Assembly (NCBI GenBank): GCA_964506785.1
Contig: CAZDME010000002.1
Span: 1 to 52,864 of the forward strand
Length of the DNA stretch: 52,864 nucleotides
DNA from: an uncultured bacterium
GTDB taxonomy: Bacteria; CAZDME01; JAYEMH01
Direction of reading: 5' to 3'
Shown here: one piece after another, positions 8,817 through 16,871 of the stretch
Layout: each line of letters starts with the position of its first letter
Position numbering within the stretch: position 1 is the stretch's first letter
Notes under the pieces: generated by a model
Databases searched by the model: none
What the model saw: only the letters and a program-made list of their open reading frames with translations
What the model was told of the DNA's origin: nothing
Program-made: the position numbers and the translations under genes

Positions 8817-11800
8817 ATGGAACATTCAGATTTTGTCCATTTACACGTCCATAGTGATTTCAGCCTTTTAGACGGGGCTTGCCGCCTGGAACCCTTGTTA
8901 AAACGGGTTCGTCAGTACAAAATGCCGGCCGTGGCTTTGACTGACCATGGGAATATGTTCGGGGCTATCCAGTTTTATAAGCAGGCAATGAAAGAAGGGA
9001 TAAAGCCAATTGTTGGCTGTGAAGTCTATGTTGCCCCAAGGAGCCGCCTGGAAAAGGCGGGCCGGGGAGGCGGTTCAAACCACTTAACCCTTTTAGTGGC
9101 CGACTATCAGGGATATAAAAATTTAATCAGACTTTCCAGCCTTGGCTATTTAGAAGGATTTTATTATAAACCGCGGATTGACAAAGAGCTTCTGGCAAAA
9201 TTTCATCAAGGGTTGATTGCTTTAAGCGGCTGTTTAAAATCAGAAATCGCCCAGCTTCTTCTAGACGACCAATTTACCGAAGCCGAAGAAGCAGCTTCGG
9301 GGTTCAAAGATTTATTCGGACCGGGAAATTTTTATTTAGAACTTCAGGACCATAATCTTCCGGAGCAGAAAAAGGTCAATCAGGCTTTAGTAAAGTTAAG
9401 TAAAAAACTAAACATCCCTATGGTGGCAACCAACGATTGTCATTACCTTTCCAGAGAGGATGTTTTCCCGCATGAAGTTCTCCTTTGCATCCAGACAGGG
9501 ACGACGGTAAATGACCCTAAACACATGCGGTTTAATTCCGGTCAATACTATTTTAAATCAGCCGAAGAGATGAAAAAGCTTTTTTCAGATCTGCCGGAAG
9601 CCTTATCAAACACGATGGAAATCGCCGAAAAATGCAATCTTTCTTTGAACTTCAGTGAACAACACCTGCCTAAATACGAAGTGCCGGAAGGTGAAACTGC
9701 CGATTCTTATTTGAAGAAACTGGCTCATCGGGGGATGAAGGCTTTATACGGAGAAAACCCGGAAGCGCAAAAAAGACTGGACCACGAGCTAGAAATGATT
9801 TCCCGGATGAATTACAGCAGTTACTTCTTAATTGTCTGGGATTTGATCCATATGGCTAAGGAAAGCGGAATCCCGGTTGGTCCCGGCCGGGGTTCGGCGG
9901 CGGGAAGTTTGGTAGCTTACGTTTTAGGTATTACGGCCATTGACCCCTTGAGGTATAATTTAATTTTTGAACGATTCTTAAATCCAGCCCGGCTGAGCCT
10001 TCCGGATATTGATATCGATTTCTGTTACGAGAGACGGAACGAAGTTATCGAATATGTATCTTTAAAATACGGCCGGGAAAACGTTGCCCAAATAATTACC
10101 TTTGGAACGATGGCTGCCCGGGGTGTAATTCGCGATGTCGGCCGGGGGTTGGGTATGTCTTATCTTGAAGTGGATCGAATCGCCCGGTTGATTCCCTTTG
10201 AACCGAATATTACTTTGCAGGAGGCGGTCAGAAAGGAAACAGAATTAAGCGAGCTCCTAAAAACCAACCCGCAGGTCAATAATCTGGTCAGGGTGGCTGG
10301 TTCTTTGGAAAGAATGGTCCGCCATGCTTCTACCCACGCCGCCGGCATAGTTATTTCCGATGAACCGTTGATTAACAAAGTGCCGCTTTATCGGGGAAGT
10401 AACGCCGAGCTAATTACCCAATACGAAATGAAATCTCTGGGAGAAATAGGCCTTTTGAAAATGGACCTTTTGGGCCTGCGGACCCTGACGGTAATTCAGG
10501 AGACAACCAATTTCGTTAAGAAAAAAGGAATAGAACTGGATTTGAAAAATATACCCGTAGATGACAAAGAGACTTACCAGCTTTTAGGGAAAGCGCAGTC
10601 TTTAGGCCTTTTTCAGTTAGAAAGCAGCGGGATGCAGGATTTATTAAGAAAGCTGAAACCGGAGGTTTTTGAAGACTTAATCGCTCTTTTGAGCCTTTAT
10701 CGGCCGGGTCCGTTAGGAAGCGGTATGGTTGACGATTTTATCCGGAGAAAACATAATCTTATTTCAATCAGTTATCTTCACCCTTGGCTAGAACCTATCC
10801 TTAAAGAAACTTACGGGGTTATCCTTTATCAAGAGCAGGTGATGCTTATTGCCAGCCGTCTGGCCGGATTTTCTTTGGAACAGGCAGATATTTTACGCCG
10901 TTCAATGGGTAAAAAGATTCCTGAGGATATGGACCGCAGCCGAAAAGACTTTATCGAAGGGGCTCAAAAAAACGGTATTGTTAAAAGGGTGGCGGAACGA
11001 ATCTTTAATTTAATTTATGAATTCTCCGGCTACGGATTTAATAAATCTCATTCCGCAGGGTATGCTTTGATTTCTTATTACACCGCATATCTCAAGGCCC
11101 ATTTTCCGGTTGAATTTATGGCGGCCCTTCTTACTAGCGAAGCCAGTAATCCTGACAAAATCAGTTTGTATATAGAAGAATGCCGGCGGTTAAAGATTAA
11201 AATTTTTCCTCCGGATGTCAATGAAAGTTTGGCGAAATTCACTCCGTTAGAGGTTCCCAAAAGCGAGAAAAAACCCGGATTACCCATAGGGGAAGGAAAC
11301 AAGCAAAATGCAGGGATTATCTTTGGGCTTTTAGCCGTTAAAAATGTCGGCGGTGGTGCTATTGCCTCCATAATTAAAAGCCGGAAAAATTCGGGAAAAT
11401 TTCAATCTCTTTCTGATTTTACCAAGCGGGTGGATTTACGTTTAGTGAATCGCAAGGTTTTAGAAAGCCTGATTAAATGCGGGGCTTTCAGCTCTTTAGG
11501 GGAAAAAAGGGCCGGTTTAATGCGCCAGTTGGACAAAGCGATAGAACTGGGCCAGCAGCGGCAAAAGGAAAATCAAATGGGACAGACGGCTTTTTGGGAT
11601 GAATTCAGTTCTCATCCGGGAAATGATGTTTTTTCGGCGGATACTAAAACAGAAGAATGGCCGGAGAGCCAACTTCTGCTTTATGAAAAGACACTCCTTG
11701 GCGTTTATGTAAGCGGACACCCTCTGGCCCGGCATAGTGAAATTATCGAAAAATATTCTTCAGCCAAATCTTCTAATCTGAAAACCTTGCCGGATGGAGA

Positions 11801-12320
11801 AAAAATACGCCTGGGAGGAATTATCCGCACATTCAAGATGCATCTCACTAAAAAGAGAGAAGAAAAGATGGCTTTTCTCTCCCTTGAGGATTTAGAAGGG
11901 ATGACCGAGGTGATTGTTTTCCCCCGCCTTTTTGAGCAAAGCCGCAAGTATATTCGTGAAGACGCTCTTATTTTTGTTGTCGGCCGGCTCGACTTAAAAA
12001 ATGATAAGCCTAAAATAATCGCCGAGGGGATTGTCCCTTTAAATAAAGTGGTCGAGTGTTTTACGGATACAGTCCAGATCGACATGCCCGGTTTTAGCCT
12101 GGAAGACGATAAATTAGATAAGTTAAAAAAAATACTTTTGGCATATCCCGGAAAAGCTAAGGTTTTTCTTCGAGTGGAGAATAAAGATAAAAAGAAGGTG
12201 AAACTCCTGGTGAATTCTCTGGTAAAGGTAGCTCCGACAGAAGGCCTGGAGAGAGAAATTGATTCTTTGCTCGGCGGAGATTATGTAACCTTCAAGACGG
12301 AGGCAAATAAAATCGTGTAA
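8817..12320 (+). CDS. dnaE: DNA polymerase III subunit alpha
   Basis: 1167 aa. Motifs present: N-terminal PHP domain FVHLHVHSDFSLLDG, palm GPGRGSAAGSLVAYVLGIT, PDIDIDF, and a C-terminal OB fold region. Confidence 0.97.
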   Translation: MEHSDFVHLHVHSDFSLLDGACRLEPLLKRVRQYKMPAVALTDHGNMFGAIQFYKQAMKEGIKPIVGCEVYVAPRSRLEKAGRGGGSNHLTLLVADYQGYKNLIRLSSLGYLEGFYYKPRIDKELLAKFHQGLIALSGCLKSEIAQLLLDDQFTEAEEAASGFKDLFGPGNFYLELQDHNLPEQKKVNQALVKLSKKLNIPMVATNDCHYLSREDVFPHEVLLCIQTGTTVNDPKHMRFNSGQYYFKSAEEMKKLFSDLPEALSNTMEIAEKCNLSLNFSEQHLPKYEVPEGETADSYLKKLAHRGMKALYGENPEAQKRLDHELEMISRMNYSSYFLIVWDLIHMAKESGIPVGPGRGSAAGSLVAYVLGITAIDPLRYNLIFERFLNPARLSLPDIDIDFCYERRNEVIEYVSLKYGRENVAQIITFGTMAARGVIRDVGRGLGMSYLEVDRIARLIPFEPNITLQEAVRKETELSELLKTNPQVNNLVRVAGSLERMVRHASTHAAGIVISDEPLINKVPLYRGSNAELITQYEMKSLGEIGLLKMDLLGLRTLTVIQETTNFVKKKGIELDLKNIPVDDKETYQLLGKAQSLGLFQLESSGMQDLLRKLKPEVFEDLIALLSLYRPGPLGSGMVDDFIRRKHNLISISYLHPWLEPILKETYGVILYQEQVMLIASRLAGFSLEQADILRRSMGKKIPEDMDRSRKDFIEGAQKNGIVKRVAERIFNLIYEFSGYGFNKSHSAGYALISYYTAYLKAHFPVEFMAALLTSEASNPDKISLYIEECRRLKIKIFPPDVNESLAKFTPLEVPKSEKKPGLPIGEGNKQNAGIIFGLLAVKNVGGGAIASIIKSRKNSGKFQSLSDFTKRVDLRLVNRKVLESLIKCGAFSSLGEKRAGLMRQLDKAIELGQQRQKENQMGQTAFWDEFSSHPGNDVFSADTKTEEWPESQLLLYEKTLLGVYVSGHPLARHSEIIEKYSSAKSSNLKTLPDGEKIRLGGIIRTFKMHLTKKREEKMAFLSLEDLEGMTEVIVFPRLFEQSRKYIREDALIFVVGRLDLKNDKPKIIAEGIVPLNKVVECFTDTVQIDMPGFSLEDDKLDKLKKILLAYPGKAKVFLRVENKDKKKVKLLVNSLVKVAPTEGLEREIDSLLGGDYVTFKTEANKIV

Positions 12321-12439
12321 TATGTGATGTGAGATGTAAAAGTGGCTCATGGCTGATAGTAAGAAAAAAACTAAGAGCCATGAGCGAAGAGCTGAGAGCC
12401 AAAGTGGCTCGTAGTAGTTGTGTTATGTGTAATGAAAAA
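12321..12439. repeat. Blocks of heptamer tandem repeats filling the dnaE-IHF spacer
   Basis: Block 1 is TATGTGA TGTGAGA TGTAAAA (12321-41). Block 2 is GAGCCAT GAGCGAA GAGCTGA GAGCCAA (12375-402). Block 3 is TGTGTTA TGTGTAA TGAAAAA (12419-39). Confidence 0.75.
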
Positions 12440-12463
12440 TCGGAAGATAAAAGGGAATAGTCA

Positions 12464-12742
12464 ATGGTTCGGAAAAGGGATTTAATAATTGAAATTGCTC
12501 AAGAAATTGGAGTAACCCAGGAGGTTGCCAAAACGACCGTTGAGTCGCTTTTCCGGCGGATAAGTCAGAATTTATCCAAGAATCGCCATATTGAATTAAG
12601 GAACTGGGGCGTTTTCAAGGTAAAAAGACGGAAAGGCCACCTGGCCAGAAATCCTAAAACCGGAGAAAAGTTTCCCGTGCCCAGCCACCGGGTAATCATT
12701 TTTAAGCCAGGTAAAAAAATGAAGGAAATGCTGGGAAAATAA
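12464..12742 (+). CDS. HU/IHF family DNA-binding protein (IHF-like)
   Basis: 92 aa. It has the beta-arm signature ARNPKTGEKFPVP followed by FKPGKKMKE. Confidence 0.88.
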   Translation: MVRKRDLIIEIAQEIGVTQEVAKTTVESLFRRISQNLSKNRHIELRNWGVFKVKRRKGHLARNPKTGEKFPVPSHRVIIFKPGKKMKEMLGK

Positions 12743-12770
12743 TAAACTTTTAAAGAGTAAGAGGTCTAAG

Positions 12771-14063
12771 GTGCCAAACAAAGAAAAAGAAACAACGAAG
12801 AATAAGGTTAAAGCCCTGCGAGGGATGACGGATATTCTGCCGGAAGAACTGAATGCCTGGCGGTATTTAGAAACTGTTACTCATGGGTTTTTCCCGCGTT
12901 ATGGCTATAAGGAGATAAGGCTACCTTTATTGGAAGAGACAAGGCTATTTGCCCGCAGCATCGGTATTGATACGGAGATTGTCCAGAAAGAAATGTATAC
13001 TGTCGAAGAAAAGAGCAGCCGAAGTATCAGTCTACGACCAGAAGCAACCGCTTCGGTAGTCAGGGCTTTTTTGGAGCACAATCTATACCGGATAAACGGG
13101 GTCAAAAAATATTATTACCTGGGGCCAATGTTTCGGAGGGAAAGACCGCAAGCCGGCCGGTTGCGCCAATTCCACCAAGTTGGGGTAGAGTTGATTGGCT
13201 CTGGAGACCTGGCTTTATTGGATGCTGACGTTATTGAAACAGCTCATAATTTTTTGGTTGAACTCGGGATAGAAAAATTTGAAATTCAATTGAATCATCT
13301 GGGCTGCCGGGTCTGCCGCAAAGTTTATATCGAGCGCTTGAAGGAATATTTTAAAAGGTATTTTAAAGCTCTATGCCCCGACTGCCAGCGAAGATTTAAT
13401 ACCAATCCTTTACGGCTGCTTGATTGTAAAAAGGAAGGCTGCCGGATATTGATTAAAAAAGCCCCTAAAGTTAGCGATTCCCTTTGCGGTAAATGCAAAC
13501 ATCATTTTCAGGAGGTGCAGGGTTTTTTAAGCTTTTTAAAGATTGATTTCCGCCTAAATCCTCATTTGGTAAGGGGATTGGATTATTACACCGGAATAAT
13601 CTTTGAAATAATCCATCCGGAATTAGGGACACAAAATGCCTTGGGGGCGGGCGGGCGCTATGATAATTTAATAGAAGAATTTGGCGGGCCGGCGCTTCCG
13701 GCTACCGGTTTTTCTTTCGGCCTGGAAAGGATAATCGCTGTTCTTCCGAAAGAAAAAATACCTGATTTAGAAGAGACAAAAATTACATTGGTTGTTTTGG
13801 GAAAAGGGAACCGGGTAAAAGCGTTGGAGATTAAGCAGAAACTCAGAAAAGAGCGCTATGATATCGCCGTCGAGACTGATCTGCAAAGAAGTTTAAAGTC
13901 TATTCTTCGCCAGGCCGATAAACTTGGCTCAAAATTCGTTTTAATTCTAGGTGATGACGAAGGGGCAAAAGAAAGCGTCCAGGTTAAAAATATGGCCAGC
14001 GGAAAGCAGGAATTGGTGAAGATAGACAGATTAGCCGAATACTTGGGAGAGAAAAATGTTTGA
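12771..14063 (+). CDS. hisS: Histidine--tRNA ligase
   Basis: 430 aa with a GTG start and an AGAGG SD. Motifs present: class II motif 2 region YYLGPMFRRERPQAGRLRQFHQVGVE, then GGGRYDNL, and a C-terminal anticodon-binding domain. Confidence 0.95.
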   Translation: MPNKEKETTKNKVKALRGMTDILPEELNAWRYLETVTHGFFPRYGYKEIRLPLLEETRLFARSIGIDTEIVQKEMYTVEEKSSRSISLRPEATASVVRAFLEHNLYRINGVKKYYYLGPMFRRERPQAGRLRQFHQVGVELIGSGDLALLDADVIETAHNFLVELGIEKFEIQLNHLGCRVCRKVYIERLKEYFKRYFKALCPDCQRRFNTNPLRLLDCKKEGCRILIKKAPKVSDSLCGKCKHHFQEVQGFLSFLKIDFRLNPHLVRGLDYYTGIIFEIIHPELGTQNALGAGGRYDNLIEEFGGPALPATGFSFGLERIIAVLPKEKIPDLEETKITLVVLGKGNRVKALEIKQKLRKERYDIAVETDLQRSLKSILRQADKLGSKFVLILGDDEGAKESVQVKNMASGKQELVKIDRLAEYLGEKNV

Positions 14064-15840
14064 TTTAATCGGTGAGTGGAAACGAACCCAGAATTGCGGT
14101 CAATTGACAAAAGCTGATATAGGCAAAAACGTTACCCTGATGGGCTGGGTGGGCAGGCGCCGGGACCATGGCGGTTTAATTTTCGTTGATTTAAGAGACC
14201 GAGAGGGGTATACCCAGATAGTTTTCAATCCCGAGGAAGACAAAGTTGCTCATAAGACTGCCAGAAATTTACGGGATGAATTTGTCATTGCCATTGAAGG
14301 AAAGGTCAGGGCTCGCCCGGAAGGGATGGTTAACCCTAGACTTTCTACAGGAGAAATAGAGGTTTTAGTGAAAAAGTTGAAGGTTTTAAATAAAGCCGAA
14401 ACCTTGCCTTTTTGTGTCAGTGAGGAAGAAAAACAACTGCCTTCGGAAGAACTCCGACTGTCCTACCGGTTCTTGGATTTACGAAGGGAAGAAATGAAAA
14501 AAAATATTATTTTTCGCCATAAACTGCTTTATTTTGTCAGGCAGTTTCTTACTGAACGAGGTTTTATTGAAATAGAGACGCCTTGTTTGACTAAAAGTAC
14601 CCCGGAAGGGGCGCGTGATTATCTGGTCCCCAGCCGAATCAATCCAGGGAAGTTTTATGCTTTACCGCAATCCCCTCAGCTATTTAAACAGCTCTTGATG
14701 GTTAGCGGTTTTGATAAATATTTCCAGATTGCCCGCTGTTTTCGAGATGAAGACCTGCGGGCTGACCGCCAGCCTGAACATACGCAGATCGATTTAGAGA
14801 TGTCCTTTGTCAGAGTAGAAGATATTTTCTTTTTAATCGAAGAGATGTTTTCTTTTCTTTTTAAAAATTTGCTGAATATCGAATTAGATAAGCCTTTCAT
14901 CCAGCTTAGCTATGAAGAAGCAAAGGAAAAATACGATACCGACAAGCCTGATTTAAGAATGGCTCTTCCTGTCGACGATATTTCACCCTTGGTTAAAAAA
15001 GCTGGATATAAGATTTTTAGCGAGATGGTTAAAAAGGGCGGACAGGTAAAGGGGATTTTAGCTAAAGGGAAAGGCAGCTTGAGCCTTTCGGAAATTGAGA
15101 ATATAAGGAAAGAGGTTATTTCTTTGGGCGGACGGGGGCTTTCCTGGATAAAGGTCAAAAAAGGGGGAATCGAAGCCTCTTTCCAGAAATTTGTGTTGCC
15201 TCAAATTTTGGACGAAATTTGCGAAAGGTTTAAAGCTGAAAAAAATGATATAATTTTCATTTTAGCCGGCGAAAAAAATAAGATCGAGGAGATTTTCATC
15301 CCCTTTAAAAACTATTTGGGAGATTTTTTTAAAATGAAAGACGCGGGTGATTTTAAATTTCTCTGGGTGAGAGATTTTCCGCTTTTTGAATATAGCCAGG
15401 ATGAAAAAAGATGGCAGTCGGTTCATCATCCTTTTACCATGCCCAAAGAAGAATATTGGAATAATCTCGAAGATAACCTTAAAGAGGCCAAGTCGCTGGC
15501 GTATGATTTGGTTTTAAATGGCGAAGAAATTGGAGGCGGCAGTATTCGAATACATCGAAGGGAGCTTCAAGAAAAAATATTCAAAATCCTAAAAATAAAT
15601 CCGAATGAAGCCAAAAAAAAGTTTGGTTTTCTTCTTGACTCTTTGGAATACGGGGCGCCGCCTCACGGAGGAATTGCCTTGGGGTTGGATCGCCTCTGTA
15701 TGCTTCTTTTAGGGAGAAGCTCGATTCGCGAGGTAATTGCTTTTCCCAAAACACAAAAGGCAGTATGCCTTTTAACCAAAGCCCCAGCCAGTGTTGAAGA
15801 GAGACAGCTTAAAGAGCTGCATATAAAAATCGGGAAATGA
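14056..15840 (+). CDS. aspS: Aspartate--tRNA ligase (bacterial type)
   Basis: 594 aa. Motifs present: OB-fold N-terminus, FRDEDLRADRQPEHTQID, a GAD insertion domain, GGGSIRIH and PPHGGIALGLDR. The gene overlaps hisS by 8 nt. Confidence 0.96.
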   Translation: MFDLIGEWKRTQNCGQLTKADIGKNVTLMGWVGRRRDHGGLIFVDLRDREGYTQIVFNPEEDKVAHKTARNLRDEFVIAIEGKVRARPEGMVNPRLSTGEIEVLVKKLKVLNKAETLPFCVSEEEKQLPSEELRLSYRFLDLRREEMKKNIIFRHKLLYFVRQFLTERGFIEIETPCLTKSTPEGARDYLVPSRINPGKFYALPQSPQLFKQLLMVSGFDKYFQIARCFRDEDLRADRQPEHTQIDLEMSFVRVEDIFFLIEEMFSFLFKNLLNIELDKPFIQLSYEEAKEKYDTDKPDLRMALPVDDISPLVKKAGYKIFSEMVKKGGQVKGILAKGKGSLSLSEIENIRKEVISLGGRGLSWIKVKKGGIEASFQKFVLPQILDEICERFKAEKNDIIFILAGEKNKIEEIFIPFKNYLGDFFKMKDAGDFKFLWVRDFPLFEYSQDEKRWQSVHHPFTMPKEEYWNNLEDNLKEAKSLAYDLVLNGEEIGGGSIRIHRRELQEKIFKILKINPNEAKKKFGFLLDSLEYGAPPHGGIALGLDRLCMLLLGRSSIREVIAFPKTQKAVCLLTKAPASVEERQLKELHIKIGK

Positions 15841-15896
15841 ATTATTAATCGTTGAAGAGTTCCCTGTGTGAAAACGGTTGTTGTTAGTGATAGCGG

Positions 15897-16871
15897 ATGA
15901 TAAAAAATAAAATTTTACAAATCAGAGATGAACAGGAAGCCATTAGGCTCTTTGGACATCAGGATGAATTTTTGCGCCTTTTAGAGGCTGATTTCTCGGT
16001 TAAAATTCTATTCCGAGGGGGAAAAGCAAAAATCAGCGGACAGGATGCAGATAAGGTAACCGGTTTTTTCCAGTACCTCTTAGCCGAGATTCGCAAGCAT
16101 CATTACCTGAATAGAGCGGAAGTGATTGAAGCAATAGAACGCCTTAAGCGCCAGGAAAAGCTTAAGCCGGAAGGAGGAAATATCGAGGTTTCTTCAAAAA
16201 AACGTTTTATCCATCCCCGCACCTCCGGGCAAAGCGCCTATATTAAAGCTATCCGCCAATATGATATCGTCTTTAGCATTGGGCCGGCCGGGACGGGAAA
16301 AACCTATTTAGCTGTGGCCATGGCGGTGAATAGTCTTATCAAGGAGGAAGTGAGCCGGATTATTCTGGTCCGGCCAGCCGTTGAAGCCGGTGAAAAATTG
16401 GGATTTCTTCCCGGGAATTTATACGAGAAAATATCTCCTTATCTTCGGCCGCTTTACGACGCTCTTTACGATATGCTGGAAGTGGAGAAAATCCAGAGAT
16501 ATATGGACAGGGGAGTTATTGAAGTTGCCCCTTTGGCCTTTATGCGGGGAAGGACCTTAAACGACTCCTTTATTATTCTCGATGAAGCCCAGAACAGTAC
16601 CAGCGAACAGATGAAGATGTTTTTAACGCGTATAGGCTTCGATTCAAAAGCAGTAATTACCGGGGATGTCACCCAGGTAGATTTGCCCTCCGGTAAAATT
16701 TCTGGATTAATAGAGGTGCGTGAACTTCTCAAAGATATTGAGGGTATAAAATTTATCTACTTTTCTGAAAAAGACGTTGTCCGTCATGAATTAGTCCAGA
16801 AGATAATCAAAGCCTATTCTCTGGAGAGCATTAGGCAAGGGAGAAAGAGTGGAGAAAAAGAGAAGAGTTAG
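15897..16871 (+). CDS. ybeZ: PhoH-like ATPase
   Basis: 324 aa. Motifs present: Walker A GPAGTGKTYLAVA, Walker B/box IILDEAQN, and GDVTQVDLP. Confidence 0.92.
   Translation: MIKNKILQIRDEQEAIRLFGHQDEFLRLLEADFSVKILFRGGKAKISGQDADKVTGFFQYLLAEIRKHHYLNRAEVIEAIERLKRQEKLKPEGGNIEVSSKKRFIHPRTSGQSAYIKAIRQYDIVFSIGPAGTGKTYLAVAMAVNSLIKEEVSRIILVRPAVEAGEKLGFLPGNLYEKISPYLRPLYDALYDMLEVEKIQRYMDRGVIEVAPLAFMRGRTLNDSFIILDEAQNSTSEQMKMFLTRIGFDSKAVITGDVTQVDLPSGKISGLIEVRELLKDIEGIKFIYFSEKDVVRHELVQKIIKAYSLESIRQGRKSGEKEKS

Noticed and set aside
12349-12414. A 21-codon ORF (MADSKKKTKSHERRAESQSGS) in the dnaE-IHF spacer, and a 15-codon ORF (MAGNVKVAGYKGDRR, 32071-32118) in the OMP-M50 spacer.
   Set aside because: They have no convincing SD. 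The sequence is generated by 7-nt repeats, which is not a codon-periodic pattern. I cannot support them as genes from sequence alone.
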